DNA from: a virus
Taxonomy: Duplodnaviria > Caudoviricetes
Length of the DNA: 64,000 nucleotides
Reading direction: 5' to 3' (one strand)
Virus record (IMG/VR): IMGVR_UViG_2912838376_000002
Span: 64,001 to 128,000 of that record
Below are positions 1 through 10,249 of this stretch, piece by piece. The position numbers and the translations under genes are program-made. The notes under the pieces were generated by a model that was given only the letters and a program-made list of their open reading frames with translations, did not search any database and was not told the DNA's origin. Every line of letters starts with the position of its first letter. The stretch's first letter is position 1.

Positions 1-263
1 GTGAAAACATCGCTGCCCATACGTCGATCCATACGGCTATATGGCATATAGGTAATATCTAAAATCGTACCTTTGCTTGAAGACTCATCTAAGAATCGTT
101 TAAGCATCATTAATTTAAAGAAATCATCATCTGATTCATATTTGAACATGATGTAATTCTCAGTAAAAAAAGATAAGGCCTTTGTGATTTGTTCCCCATC
201 TATTTTCGTTTCTCCATTTGGAAACTTATTAAATTCAATTACTTTACCATTGAGTTTAATCAT
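1..263 (-). CDS. Ribose-phosphate pyrophosphokinase-like protein (PRS/Adps-like), 5' part, runs off the window edge
   Basis: Hand translation from ATG at 263 (RBS AAGGAG): MIKLNGKVIEFNKFPNGETKI...YMPYSRMDRRMGSDVF. FPNGE and PYSRxDR are PRS-family motifs. Confidence 0.8.
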   Translation of the reverse strand, partial: MIKLNGKVIEFNKFPNGETKIDGEQITKALSFFTENYIMFKYESDDDFFKLMMLKRFLDESSSKGTILDITYMPYSRMDRRMGSDVF

Positions 264-318
264 AGCTATCTCCTTTTGTATAAAGCCCAGCTAAATAGCC
301 GGGCCTCCCATTTTGTTT

Positions 319-753
319 TTATGCAAAGTGCTTCTTAATTACTTCTTGTGCAAATGAACCATCGACCTTACCTTTGTTGTCCTTCATAAGGATGCCAGTC
401 ACTTTACCAATGTGGTCACCTTTTTGAACACCTTTAGATGTTAGGAAAGAAACGATTTCTTCTTCCGTCATCATCTTTGGTAAGTAAGTTTCGATAATAA
501 CAATCTTTGCTTTTTCTGATTCAACAATATCCTCACGGTTTGCTTTTACAGCTTCAGCAAGAGCTTGTTTTGTTTGTTTAAGCTCACGTTGAACTACTCC
601 TACTTCTTCTACTTCAGTAAGAGGAGCACGCTTTTCTTTCTCTGCAGCAGCTAAACCTGCGCGAATTAAAGTGATGATGTTTTTCTTCATCACATATTTG
701 TTTCTCATTGCATCTTTTAATTCAGCCATTAAACGCTCATTTAAAGTTGTCAT
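319..753 (-). CDS. GatB/YqeY domain protein
   Basis: L.ERL..ELK.AMRNK, QRELKQ, IIETYLP..M and GKVDG motifs typical of YqeY. Confidence 0.85.
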   Translation of the reverse strand: MTTLNERLMAELKDAMRNKYVMKKNIITLIRAGLAAAEKEKRAPLTEVEEVGVVQRELKQTKQALAEAVKANREDIVESEKAKIVIIETYLPKMMTEEEIVSFLTSKGVQKGDHIGKVTGILMKDNKGKVDGSFAQEVIKKHFA

Positions 754-772
754 TGTATTTCCTCCTAGTTTA

Positions 773-1210
773 TTAATAACCTTGAGTTACATAATCCAAG
801 TTAACCTCGGCTGTAAAGTCATCAAGTGTTTTGATACGCACTTCTGGTCCATTGAATCCATAGGAATCCTCCCAATAATGTGCATATGTATCTCCTCGAT
901 GCACTAACACCACTCGGCCCTTAGCGAATGTTCCATTTTTCTTTCTAGGGATTTTGTCAAACAAGTCTTTCCAATCCCAAGGCATGTATCTTAAGATGGC
1001 ACGGAAACGATCTTCATCTTCTTGTCGTTCCTCTGCAGTCCATCTCTGATCACCCCAAGCATCTTTGTTAACATGGTTAATACCATATTCCTCATCATCA
1101 GGGTCTACATTGAATAATGGAGTCAACCTTTGAGTTAGGCGGTCAATATCACCAGACAAGGTGAACTCGCGCCCTTTTTCATCCTGTTCTCTATATAAAA
1201 TGTTTTCCAT
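773..1210 (-). CDS. Hypothetical phage protein
   Basis: 145-aa ORF with RBS, co-oriented in the operon. Confidence 0.6.
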   Translation of the reverse strand: MENILYREQDEKGREFTLSGDIDRLTQRLTPLFNVDPDDEEYGINHVNKDAWGDQRWTAEERQEDEDRFRAILRYMPWDWKDLFDKIPRKKNGTFAKGRVVLVHRGDTYAHYWEDSYGFNGPEVRIKTLDDFTAEVNLDYVTQGY

Positions 1211-1212
1211 AG

Positions 1213-1461
1213 TTACTCACTACTCCCTATCTCATTCTTCTCTCCAAAAGCTAATGGAAGAAGGAACATAATAATTGCAGCAATAATACGAATAAATACA
1301 TCGTAGGTATCTATCTCATCTAATTTGTAGGAATAGGCAGTAGCTATAACTCCACCTATTGCCCATCCATAAAAGAAATATCTCAATGTCCATAAAGGTT
1401 TCTTACAACACTCAAGAGTTTCTTTTATCTCTCTTTTAAACGATTCAACAAATTTCTTCAT
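1213..1461 (-). CDS. Small membrane protein (2 TM)
   Basis: Two hydrophobic segments; RBS present. Confidence 0.6.
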   Translation of the reverse strand: MKKFVESFKREIKETLECCKKPLWTLRYFFYGWAIGGVIATAYSYKLDEIDTYDVFIRIIAAIIMFLLPLAFGEKNEIGSSE

Positions 1462-1478
1462 GTTGTGATTCTTCCTCT

Positions 1479-2684
1479 CTATCCATTCACCATCTGAGCA
1501 TAACGCTGAGCCCCTGCTTCAGGAACTTCCCGTGAGTAAGCCATTTCAGGTATGAATTCAAAGAACAGTCTTCCCTTAAAACTACTAAACTTGTTTTTAC
1601 CAACTTGAACTTCATAAACTGGTTGTTTGTTAGGGTTGTCAGGTCTCATCCAATGAACCGTTGATTGTTGACCGCGAAGGGAAACCTCGTTGTAGCAAAG
1701 CATTACAGCTTTTGCTTCATATAGAATCTTAACTGAATCACGTAAGTCATCAGATGTTGGTCTTCTGTTACCGTTTAGCTTTCTAAACTCTGCTGTACAT
1801 ACAATAGGACAGTCATATTTAGTAGCAATTTTAGTTAGTAAATCGGCAATATGGTCATACTTTTCTCCACCGGATTTACTACGAAGCTTTTCATCACCAA
1901 TCGTAATATCATGGAAGTTATCTATGAATACAACTAATTGATAAGATGGATCTACTTTCTGTAGTTCGACATGATACGCTTCCATTGTTTCTTGAATGTA
2001 TTCGATATCAGAACCATTGTTTACGTCTTGCATGTTGATGTAATCTGCAGATTGTTTTAGAGCAATCACACCTTGAGCACGTTTTTCCATGTAGGTAGCA
2101 TTGTCTTGATACTTTTTAGGAAATCGAACAACGTTAATTGGAATACGTTGATCAATCGCAACTAAACGAGGTAATAACTCATTGTTGTTATCATCTAAAG
2201 AGAAATATAAGACAAACGCTTTTCTTGGTCTTTCTTTCGTAACTACTTGGTTTGATTGTGAAATCTGCCATGCTAATTGAAGCATGAATGATGATTTACC
2301 GATGTTGGATTGACCACCTATTAAATGAACTCCAGTATTCAATCCTTCAAAGGCTTTGTTTAAACTATCAAATCCCCAGTCTAATCCACCCATCTCACCA
2401 CGATTCCACGAGTATTCTTCTACTGCATCAATCGTATTAAGCATCTTGGTTCGGAAGAACGGGACTACATCGCCCGCTACTTCCCGAACAAGATCTGGTG
2501 TGATTTCATTTGGATTCATTTCAAAACCTGGTGGGTTTGCTACTACATTAAAAGGAACAACATTTTCTTTTGGCTTGTCCGCTTCAGCTAGGTCTTCTGC
2601 TGTTGGCCAAAATAGTTCTTGTCCAGCATTAGCGAACGGACTTGAAACAGTTTCTTGGTTTTCTGTTATTGGTTGTGCAAACAT
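1479..2684 (-). CDS. DnaB-like (SF4) replicative helicase
   Basis: Walker A GGQSNIGKS, VFIDN (Walker B), RRPTSDDLRDS and KNKF motifs. Confidence 0.9.
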   Translation of the reverse strand: MFAQPITENQETVSSPFANAGQELFWPTAEDLAEADKPKENVVPFNVVANPPGFEMNPNEITPDLVREVAGDVVPFFRTKMLNTIDAVEEYSWNRGEMGGLDWGFDSLNKAFEGLNTGVHLIGGQSNIGKSSFMLQLAWQISQSNQVVTKERPRKAFVLYFSLDDNNNELLPRLVAIDQRIPINVVRFPKKYQDNATYMEKRAQGVIALKQSADYINMQDVNNGSDIEYIQETMEAYHVELQKVDPSYQLVVFIDNFHDITIGDEKLRSKSGGEKYDHIADLLTKIATKYDCPIVCTAEFRKLNGNRRPTSDDLRDSVKILYEAKAVMLCYNEVSLRGQQSTVHWMRPDNPNKQPVYEVQVGKNKFSSFKGRLFFEFIPEMAYSREVPEAGAQRYAQMVNG

Positions 2685-2710
2685 TGATTACAACTCCTTA
2701 GTCATGATGT

Positions 2711-3826
2711 TTAATTACTCTTGTAGAATTTACAGTCTTCTCTGCACGTAGCAGGACAAGACGCATAGGTTTTAATCGTGTTACAACCATAAACATAGTG
2801 ACCTTTGAAATTGGATCTAAAGAGTGTTTGCAGTTCTCTTTCTGGCAGACTACCATTGTTCCATTCGACTAACATATCCCACGCTTCTTGTTCTGAGTAT
2901 CCTCTCTGTCTCCAAAAAGCAACTATCATACTAGCGATATGATTTCTAGCACCTTTAACGGGTCCGTTATCAATCATCTCTGCATAACACGGTGGGTCAA
3001 AATCAATCGTTTGTGCTTCACCTGTTTTGCTAAATGTTTTCTTAAATCGTTGAACAAACTTATGCTCAACTTCTTTAAAATAACGAGCTGCTTCCGGAAT
3101 TACTCTTGGTTTGTCATACTTAATCCAAGAGCCATAGTTTGGATCTTTACTTAATTGCTGAATGTCTGCTTCTGAACGAGCCAACAAATTCTTTAATTCC
3201 ATTGGTACTTTATAAGAACCTGTAGAAGGATGTTGGCTTCCTTTTAACCTGAACAAGCGACGACGTTCATACACTTTCATATCAAGTGTTTGGTTTGGTG
3301 CAAATGGCATTAATTCTTCTGCCATAATTCGATACATGCGGTCTAAATGAGGATGCCAGTCAACACCGAAACAATGATATGGAACGGTAACATGAATCCC
3401 CTTTTTGCCGCTAAAGAAAACCTTAATCATATTTGCAGGTATTCTATAATTCGGACTAATCGTAAGATGCTGAATGATACGAAGTGCATCTTCTTGAGCC
3501 TTCTTAATATCATCTTCATCATCGAAATCTAAATAAAAATCTCCACGAAGATCCGCTGTATAAGGGTCGCTTGTGCTATACTGAAAAGCTGTTGCATACA
3601 AACCCCATCCAGGATTCTTCTGTATATAATCAAAACAATGCTGATGATAGTTCATCCAGTTCACTTCACGATACTCGTTACGGATAAACATATTGCCTTC
3701 CTTTGTTGGCTTATTACGACCAAATTCCACATAGAATGGTTTTGGTTGTACCATTGATTCAGGCATAGTCGGTGTCTTAACCTCTGCTGCTGCAGGGTGA
3801 TTAGCTAATTGCCCTTGGTAGAACAC
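2711..3826 (-). CDS. Archaeo-eukaryotic primase (AEP/prim-pol) with PriCT-like and Cys-rich C-terminus
   Basis: DFYLDFD, FSGKKGIH and RRLFRL catalytic motifs; GARN PriCT motif; adjacent to the helicase. Confidence 0.85.
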   Translation of the reverse strand: MFYQGQLANHPAAAEVKTPTMPESMVQPKPFYVEFGRNKPTKEGNMFIRNEYREVNWMNYHQHCFDYIQKNPGWGLYATAFQYSTSDPYTADLRGDFYLDFDDEDDIKKAQEDALRIIQHLTISPNYRIPANMIKVFFSGKKGIHVTVPYHCFGVDWHPHLDRMYRIMAEELMPFAPNQTLDMKVYERRRLFRLKGSQHPSTGSYKVPMELKNLLARSEADIQQLSKDPNYGSWIKYDKPRVIPEAARYFKEVEHKFVQRFKKTFSKTGEAQTIDFDPPCYAEMIDNGPVKGARNHIASMIVAFWRQRGYSEQEAWDMLVEWNNGSLPERELQTLFRSNFKGHYVYGCNTIKTYASCPATCREDCKFYKSN

Positions 3827-4523
3827 GGTCTAAACCCTCCTCAAAACAAGTATTTTTTCTAGCTTCATGCACTAATAACGCTTCTGCTTCAAAGTGTTGA
3901 ATATCAAGCGGAGATTTAGGCATCGGCTTTCCGTTGTCTAAGGAACATGTAAATGCTTCATCTATTAAATAGAAGATAAAATCTACATCCCAAAAACGGA
4001 GCATATGATCAAAGGCACCTATATCCCTCGACAATGTAGCTTCTGGAGTTGGTGAATTCGTTTTAGAATAAAAATAATCAACAAGATCTTTTTTCGTAAT
4101 CTTATCGACTATCTCTAAATAAAACGGTTCATCATCATATGAAGCTTCAATTGTTCCATCATCCGAAATCTTTAGCATCGGAGGTGGTGGTGTTAATTGA
4201 AGCCTTGGGTGGAAATAAAATTGCCCAGGTACTAATAAGTTGTCAGGGTCCCTATACGGTTTCCTTACATATTGGATATTGTGAGCATCTAAGATACTAC
4301 TCGGTTTATAGAAAAGACCTTTTTGAGAATTATCCTTTTCCTTATCAAATAGTTCGTGGAATTGTTTAGCTGTAACAGATCCCCCTGCTAAGATTTCTCC
4401 AATATCATTAATAACTTCTTTTTTATAATTAGAGTCACAGTTAATTTTTCCGTGAGCATCTTTTTTAAAATCTTTAATCTCATCCATAAACCTTGAGGCA
4501 AGGACAATCATTTGATTATTCAA
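3801..4523 (-). CDS. Hypothetical replication-associated protein (possible initiator/loader)
   Basis: TTG start at 4523 behind RBS AAAGGGGAG; first gene of the primase-helicase operon and overlaps the primase start. Confidence 0.55.
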   Translation of the reverse strand: MNNQMIVLASRFMDEIKDFKKDAHGKINCDSNYKKEVINDIGEILAGGSVTAKQFHELFDKEKDNSQKGLFYKPSSILDAHNIQYVRKPYRDPDNLLVPGQFYFHPRLQLTPPPPMLKISDDGTIEASYDDEPFYLEIVDKITKKDLVDYFYSKTNSPTPEATLSRDIGAFDHMLRFWDVDFIFYLIDEAFTCSLDNGKPMPKSPLDIQHFEAEALLVHEARKNTCFEEGLDRVLPRAIS

Positions 4524-4644
4524 GTTGGTCTCCCCTTTCGTTTCTCTCACAGGAGCGTTTGTAACATAACCCCTTTTAGAAGAAAGTCAAGATAATAAAA
4601 AAACAAGCGGATAATTACCCGCTTGCTGTTTCGTAAATATAGAA

Positions 4645-5115
4645 TTATTCAGACTCAACTTCTTCTTGAATCTTTTCTTCTACTACTATCTCCTCTACCT
4701 TTTCTTCTACCGGTTCTTTAACAACTGGTACTAAGGTAGCGTTAGTTAAGATAGCTTTATACATTTCTAATTCTTCTTCATCGATATTGCGAAGCAAGTA
4801 ATCAAAAACATATACTTCTAGCTTTTTACCTTCTAACTTATCAGCAGCTTTAACAAAGCTAACATAGTTGCTTAAACGTTTCTGACTATCATTCTTAGCA
4901 ATTGATGCAGATAAAGTTAACTTAGGAAGATACAATGTTTTATTCTTTAAAAGAACTAACAGTTTATCCGCAATCTCGTTGTCTTGGTTTGCTCCAAGAA
5001 CAGTAGCTTTTGCTTTTTTAGTAGTCGCATTAGTTAAGTTTTTGAATAGCTCAATCGCTTCATCAATCTTCTTCATGTAATCCATTTTTAGCACCACCTT
5101 TCCGCAATAACTCAT
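4645..5115 (-). CDS. Hypothetical protein (true start probably about 5086 or 5077)
   Basis: ORF with acidic tail, followed by a terminator-like hairpin at about 4597-4625. Confidence 0.6.
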   Translation of the reverse strand: MSYCGKVVLKMDYMKKIDEAIELFKNLTNATTKKAKATVLGANQDNEIADKLLVLLKNKTLYLPKLTLSASIAKNDSQKRLSNYVSFVKAADKLEGKKLEVYVFDYLLRNIDEEELEMYKAILTNATLVPVVKEPVEEKVEEIVVEEKIQEEVESE

Positions 5116-5185
5116 TACAACCTTTCCATAATTAAAAAATCAATCCTAATCATGAACAACAGTTAGGAATTACCCAAACAAGAGT

Positions 5186-5419
5186 TTGACAATACCTACC
5201 ACTAAAGGTTGTTGTATATCTGTAAGAGAGGTGACAAAAAAAGTGACGAACCGAAGAAGAAAATACGAATTCGCGGAAAAGTGGGTAGAATGCCTTAACT
5301 GTTCCCAAGAATACGTGATTGAGTATGTAATTGACGAGCGAGATACAAAAGGTTGCCCGGTCTGCGGATCTCATGCTTATGAAGATCCCGCAAATGAATA
5401 TAGCGATTGGGGCGATTAA
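5186..5419 (+). CDS. Zinc-ribbon protein
   Basis: CLNC...CPVCGS. Confidence 0.6.
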   Translation: MTIPTTKGCCISVREVTKKVTNRRRKYEFAEKWVECLNCSQEYVIEYVIDERDTKGCPVCGSHAYEDPANEYSDWGD

Positions 5420-5422
5420 ACA

Positions 5423-5677
5423 ATGATCGACTACATTGAAAACGACAACTCAGATAAGCCACCAGTTAATGTATATATCGGAGAAGAAGAATGGGCTAAC
5501 TATTCTTTTCAAAACAAAGTTAGATTACTTTATCGACTAAGAAACTCCGACAATGTACTAGCTAAAGAATTGGTAAAATCTATTTCATTACTAGTAGAAG
5601 AAGAACAAAAGATGAGAGAGATTGATTACGAAGCAACATTAAAACAATGTGAGGATGTGAGTGAATGGCCGGAATAA
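5423..5677 (+). CDS. Hypothetical protein
   Basis: Tightly coupled ORF in the + strand block. Confidence 0.6.
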   Translation: MIDYIENDNSDKPPVNVYIGEEEWANYSFQNKVRLLYRLRNSDNVLAKELVKSISLLVEEEQKMREIDYEATLKQCEDVSEWPE

Positions 5678-5904
5678 AAAACATGTACCAGCTTTACGGT
5701 GCAACCCCATTCGACACGATTAAAGGCGATACAATTATGGACCGCCACATGCAATCACAACTTCGTCAATATACCCCATACTGTAAGTTCTGCGGACGAG
5801 AAATTATAAACTCTAAACAGGACGAGCATGGACACAACGTAGACCCTGAGTGGGAAATACATTACCAAATGCATTACCGCTGCTATAGGGAAAACGTTAG
5901 ATAA
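5665..5904 (+). CDS. Small putative Zn-binding protein
   Basis: CKFCG...HYRC; RBS GAGG. Confidence 0.6.
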   Translation: MAGIKNMYQLYGATPFDTIKGDTIMDRHMQSQLRQYTPYCKFCGREIINSKQDEHGHNVDPEWEIHYQMHYRCYRENVR

Positions 5905-5921
5905 AGAAGGAGTTAGATAAC

Positions 5922-6725
5922 ATGACAAAAATCGAATTAAGTATGGATGATATTTATACGTTTATGCAGTGTCCATTGAAGTACAAGCTGACTAAGATTC
6001 ATGAGATACCTTCTGAAGACGACTATAAAAGTGCAGTACTTTACTCAAAGGGCATTCATCAAACCATTTCCTACTTTTATTATGAAGTAATGCAAGGCAG
6101 ACTCCCTACTCTCCGACAAATGAGGGATAAGTGGGCTAACTATTATTACTCCATTTTTGAAGAGGATAAACGTACAAAGGATAACTTCCTACTTGCACGA
6201 ACAGGAACAGATCAACAACGAACGCAACAGATTTTAAACCGGGGCATGGAAGCTATCTACGCTTTCTATGCAGAGAACAAAGATAATCCCGGCACACCTA
6301 TTGCCGTCAATTACCCTTTCCGTATTGCTGTTCAAGACGACCTAATCCTTACAGGCGAATTTGAACTGATTCGAGAGTACACCGATTCAAACAATAAGCG
6401 CATGATTGAGATTGTTGATTTCAAAACCAGCAATAACAAGACTGACGCTTCCTCTGGATTTTTCCTCAGACATGACCTACGAGCAACTGCTATGTTTTAT
6501 GCCTTCCAGGAACTATTCCAATCTACACCAGACCGATTTGTATTTGATTACATCGGTACAGATAAACAATTGTCTTTATACAGAGATGAGAATGAAATTA
6601 AGCGCCTTAAAAGCGTACTAAAAGGAGTTCGTAACGGAATAAAGCAGGAGGATTTTTATCCGAGACAAAGCTTCATGTGCAAATCTTGCCCAATGATGAA
6701 CTACTGCGACAGATTACAATTTTAA
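5922..6725 (+). CDS. PD-(D/E)XK nuclease, Cas4/AddB/RecB-like with Fe-S cysteines
   Basis: N-terminal QCP, GIH, IVDFKTS, C-terminal CKSCPMMNYC. Confidence 0.8.
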   Translation: MTKIELSMDDIYTFMQCPLKYKLTKIHEIPSEDDYKSAVLYSKGIHQTISYFYYEVMQGRLPTLRQMRDKWANYYYSIFEEDKRTKDNFLLARTGTDQQRTQQILNRGMEAIYAFYAENKDNPGTPIAVNYPFRIAVQDDLILTGEFELIREYTDSNNKRMIEIVDFKTSNNKTDASSGFFLRHDLRATAMFYAFQELFQSTPDRFVFDYIGTDKQLSLYRDENEIKRLKSVLKGVRNGIKQEDFYPRQSFMCKSCPMMNYCDRLQF

Positions 6726-6750
6726 CTCCAGATAAGGAGGTAGTCGCTGT

Positions 6751-7188
6751 ATGACACCAAATGAAATCGGTATCGTTGAAAAAATACTTACTAGCATCAC
6801 TGAAGGTGATAAACCATTTATGGTTCTGTTTGCAATCATCATGCTGTTTGTTATTTTCATGTCCGTTAAGGTTATGGGATATGTTCGTAGTGTTAGTGAT
6901 AGTCACAAAGAACAAATCACTGCTATGAACGACAACATGAAAGAACAACGTGAAGACCACTATAAAATGATTGCTGAAGATCGTCTTCGTTCTGATAATC
7001 GCGAAAGAGAATTATTCGTAAACTTAGAGAAGAATACTCAGCAACTTGAGGGCATTGCAACAACACTTAAAGAAGTACAATTCAATTTCACCAGTCTAGA
7101 AAACAAAGTTACACAAAACTTTGATTATCTTGAGAAAGAGATTGAAAGTGTTAAAGAAAAAGTTAGTAAAAAAGAAGACCACGAGTAA
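6751..7188 (+). CDS. BhlA/UviB-like holin or single-TM coiled-coil protein
   Basis: One TM helix (FMVLFAIIMLFVIFM) followed by a long coiled coil. Confidence 0.55.
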   Translation: MTPNEIGIVEKILTSITEGDKPFMVLFAIIMLFVIFMSVKVMGYVRSVSDSHKEQITAMNDNMKEQREDHYKMIAEDRLRSDNRERELFVNLEKNTQQLEGIATTLKEVQFNFTSLENKVTQNFDYLEKEIESVKEKVSKKEDHE

Positions 7189-7204
7189 TCTCGTGGTTTT
7201 TCTT
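7175..7204. terminator. Bidirectional intrinsic terminator
   Basis: GACCACGAG-TAAT-CTCGTGGTT hairpin between convergent genes, with A/T tracts on both sides. Confidence 0.7.
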
Positions 7205-7213
7205 ATGTCTAAA

Positions 7214-7420
7214 TTATCCTATTCTTACTTTAATAACTGAGGATACTTCTTCTTTCCATTTGACCCATTCTTTATTATGCTCTCTGAATTTATCACCTAA
7301 TGGTTTATACCCTTTTTCAAATGCATATTTCAGCAACTTTAAATCTTCAATCGAGAACGCATTAGGATCTTCAAACCATAATACATTACATCCTCTTAAG
7401 TTCAATTTCCGACACCTCAA
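7214..7420 (-). CDS. Hypothetical protein
   Basis: Short ORF at the end of the operon; start uncertain. Confidence 0.45.
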   Translation of the reverse strand: MRCRKLNLRGCNVLWFEDPNAFSIEDLKLLKYAFEKGYKPLGDKFREHNKEWVKWKEEVSSVIKVRIG

Positions 7421-7421
7421 T

Positions 7422-7502
7422 TTAGACTTCCTTTTTGAAAAAGAAATCTTTTATTAATCGACAAGCAATAACAGTAGCAACAACAATCAAAATAGTTTTC
7501 AT
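7422..7502 (-). CDS. 26-aa hydrophobic peptide (MKTILIVVATVIACRLIKDFFFKKEV)
   Basis: Hand-translated; RBS GGGAGG upstream; absent from the ORF track. Confidence 0.5.
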   Translation of the reverse strand: MKTILIVVATVIACRLIKDFFFKKEV

Positions 7503-7515
7503 GAGCTAAACCTCC

Positions 7516-8352
7516 CTATATTTCAAATGTTTTAATACCAAAGGATTTATGTTCGTCTATATCCCCTTCTGGTACTACATTCTTTTTAGGGTAGTTAGAA
7601 TAATGATCTGGGTATCCAATTGCATTCATATGGAATTGAACTCCCGCCTTTTCAAACTCACCTTGAATATGGTCATGTCCACAAATCCAATGATCTGCAT
7701 TAATAAAAGGAACATCCGTCATATAACAAGTATTCGGTTCATATGGTGTAAACGGGTTATGTACTGGCGGAACATGAGAAACAAATACATTAACATGTGT
7801 CTCTTCTAATGTGTCATACCAGTCCATAGACTCCTTATGTAACTTTCTTGGTACATCGCTTCCTGCATACCCATTGATTGATATATATCTAGGATCATTG
7901 GATACATTGCGAAGAAACTCCCAATCAGCTTGTGATTTAGGAAGGTACCATAGTACATCTCCAGCAAATGCTTTTCCTTTATATGTATCTACATTTTTAA
8001 CAAGAGGTACTACATTAGGAATCTCAGAAGCTTTCTCTATTAAGTCATTAATTCGACCTATAGAATCTTTATACTTCTTCTTTTGACTTCCTGAGATAAG
8101 GTACATATCATGGTTTCCAACTGTGAAATATACTCTTTCATAATGCTTTGCTGCTTCATCTAATATCCATAAGGACTGTTGATTCCATTCACTAAAGTCA
8201 CCAGGTAATATCAGAACTTCTCCATTGCCATTTTCTATTAGCTTTCTTGTTAATTCTCTTGTTCTGCTTTCCCACTTCATTTGGTTATTTGTCCAAAGCA
8301 TCCAGTGGTTGGCGTGTAAATCTGAAGCATAATCAATTTTCATATGTGTCAC
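7516..8352 (-). CDS. Calcineurin-like metallophosphoesterase
   Basis: SDLH, GD, GNHD, HVPP and GHDH motifs. Confidence 0.9.
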   Translation of the reverse strand: MTHMKIDYASDLHANHWMLWTNNQMKWESRTRELTRKLIENGNGEVLILPGDFSEWNQQSLWILDEAAKHYERVYFTVGNHDMYLISGSQKKKYKDSIGRINDLIEKASEIPNVVPLVKNVDTYKGKAFAGDVLWYLPKSQADWEFLRNVSNDPRYISINGYAGSDVPRKLHKESMDWYDTLEETHVNVFVSHVPPVHNPFTPYEPNTCYMTDVPFINADHWICGHDHIQGEFEKAGVQFHMNAIGYPDHYSNYPKKNVVPEGDIDEHKSFGIKTFEI

Positions 8353-8365
8353 TCCTATTGTCGCC

Positions 8366-8575
8366 TTAATAAGTTTGGAGTAGTTTTTCTGCTCTCTTTA
8401 TTAGGTCATCTGTATCTTTCATAGTTTTTTCAAATCTTTCAGCTGAAGGTAAATGTCTCTCTAGTAAAAGAAAAGCAACAGCAACAAAATCATGTGGCAA
8501 ATAACCTTCCTTGAATTTAAGCTTTTCTATTTTTTCAACCTCTTGCAAATACCCTTCTCTTTGATATTTGTCCAT
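8366..8575 (-). CDS. Hypothetical protein
   Basis: RBS GGAGGT; co-oriented. Confidence 0.55.
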   Translation of the reverse strand: MDKYQREGYLQEVEKIEKLKFKEGYLPHDFVAVAFLLLERHLPSAERFEKTMKDTDDLIKRAEKLLQTY

Positions 8576-8626
8576 ATTACACCTCCAAATTCAAAAAAGG
8601 AGGAGGCGTTAGCCTCCCCCATATTT

Positions 8627-9055
8627 TTATTTCACTGGTTTTAAATATGGCTTGATTGGTAGAGTAGTAAAATCATAGCGAGCTACTTCATTCATATCTT
8701 CAAAGTATGCATGTAAGCTGTCAGTAATCATAAGGTTAATAATTTCTCCCTTTGGATTAAATAACAGTACAGGTTTTCCTAGAATATAAGCTGCGCCTAA
8801 TTCCCAAGCAGTGCCAGTGTCATCATAGTTTTCACCAATAATACCGAATACCATGTCTGCCCATTTGATGTGTTCTAAATCATTTTTAAATACGAATGTA
8901 CGCCATTCAAAAGAACCGAATTCTAAGTCAGGTAATTGATTTTCTCTCGGTGAAAATACAGTGTGTCCTAATGCACGCAATACCTGCTCTGCTTTTTCTA
9001 CATGTTTTAATTCTTCTTCATTAAAGAAAGGTGAAGCTAAATAGATGTTTGCCAT
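8627..9055 (-). CDS. Nucleoside 2-deoxyribosyltransferase / nucleotide N-hydrolase family
   Basis: IYLASPFF, FKND, DTGTAWELG and NLMI motifs. Confidence 0.9.
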   Translation of the reverse strand: MANIYLASPFFNEEELKHVEKAEQVLRALGHTVFSPRENQLPDLEFGSFEWRTFVFKNDLEHIKWADMVFGIIGENYDDTGTAWELGAAYILGKPVLLFNPKGEIINLMITDSLHAYFEDMNEVARYDFTTLPIKPYLKPVK

Positions 9056-9119
9056 GTTGTTTCCTCCTGATGCTTAGGGGCTAACGCCCCATCCTAGTTT
9101 GTCTTGTTTATTAGGAAGA

Positions 9120-9422
9120 TTACCATGTTAACCATCCATATGTGTGATACTCATGTTTTGTTGGATGACATGCATCTTCTGATTTAATGTTGCGATATTT
9201 AGCACGAATGTGACGCTTCCATTCTTTTGCGGCGCTCCAATCTTCATTGTATCCACCGTACTTCATTGTGAAATATTTACGTGCTTTAAATAATCGTTCT
9301 TTCTTCGGATCGAACAAGCGAGTATTCTTAGTTGTACAATAACGACTGCTTTCTTTTTCTGCTTGTTCTTGCTCCCATAATTCGATTTCCTTTGGATTAA
9401 ACATAATGTCCCTAGGAACCAA
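9120..9422 (-). CDS. Small basic hypothetical protein (start may be ATG at 9404)
   Basis: K/R-rich ORF ending YGWLTW. Confidence 0.55.
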   Translation of the reverse strand: MVPRDIMFNPKEIELWEQEQAEKESSRYCTTKNTRLFDPKKERLFKARKYFTMKYGGYNEDWSAAKEWKRHIRAKYRNIKSEDACHPTKHEYHTYGWLTW

Positions 9423-9509
9423 CAGTAATATTTACGCTCGTCATATCGGCGCAGGCTGTCAGTTTCCCGAGTTCATTAGTTCCGATGGTTTCATATATCC
9501 AAAATACAT

Positions 9510-9758
9510 TTAACGTTCACACCTTTCTGCTCCACCCTTAATGGCTTTATCTGAGCAATTGTCACAGATAAGATGATTCTTTTCCCCCTTGATAAAAGCC
9601 AAATTAGTATTGCTTTCCTCTTCAAAATGAGTACGACATATTTCACATTTAGGTGTATCTTTACGATGCTTACTATAGCTTTTATAGCTCATAAAGTTTA
9701 CCCAAACTTTTACCACTTCAAAGGTTTCGGTGTATGTTTGCTTAAATAGATAACTCAT
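9510..9758 (-). CDS. Zinc-finger protein
   Basis: CEIC...CDNC; RBS AGGAGG. Confidence 0.65.
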   Translation of the reverse strand: MSYLFKQTYTETFEVVKVWVNFMSYKSYSKHRKDTPKCEICRTHFEEESNTNLAFIKGEKNHLICDNCSDKAIKGGAERCER

Positions 9759-9814
9759 TTAATAAACCTCCTTAAACAAGCCTATGAATTTCTACTTTTT
9801 CAAGAATGCTTAAG

Positions 9815-10249
9815 TTAAACACCCACAGCCGACAATCTTGTATCGACTCTGTATGAAACACGTATCTTTTCTACGGCTCTTTCGCGCTCAATAGTTAATT
9901 TCTTTCGTACAAGCTCCTCTTGTTCGAGTGAAACTTTTAATTCAAAACGTTGCTTGTCAGTGAGTTTATGCATATTTTCCATTATCCACATAGTTTGTTT
10001 ATTAGTTAAAGGATGAAATAAACTTTTAAAAACATGACAACCATTACATCCTTCTTTTCCAGTCCAAGGGTATGTGCCGAATTTTAAAAACTCCCCTTTG
10101 GTTGCCATTTCGTTATAATCCATTGTGTATTTTACCTGATACTTTTCAATAAGCTTTTCAGCTAGTTCCCCATGTTTTCCATAATCACATTCATAAAAAA
10201 TACCATCCGGTGCTAGATATCCAGATAAACCATAATTCATTTCTTCCAT
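9815..10249 (-). CDS. Hypothetical phage protein
   Basis: GYLAPDG..FY.C....H motif; RBS present. Confidence 0.65.
   Translation of the reverse strand: MEEMNYGLSGYLAPDGIFYECDYGKHGELAEKLIEKYQVKYTMDYNEMATKGEFLKFGTYPWTGKEGCNGCHVFKSLFHPLTNKQTMWIMENMHKLTDKQRFELKVSLEQEELVRKKLTIERERAVEKIRVSYRVDTRLSAVGV

Noticed and set aside
7422-7502. Type I toxin-antitoxin locus
   Set aside because: A small hydrophobic peptide is present, but no antisense promoter/terminator or sequestered RBS is evident
9414-9490. Hammerhead-like arrangement on the minus strand (CTAATGA...GAAAC-stem-GTT)
   Set aside because: The core reads CUAAUGA rather than CUGAUGA (essential G missing), and stems I and II do not pair in register; only a 9-bp helix is supported
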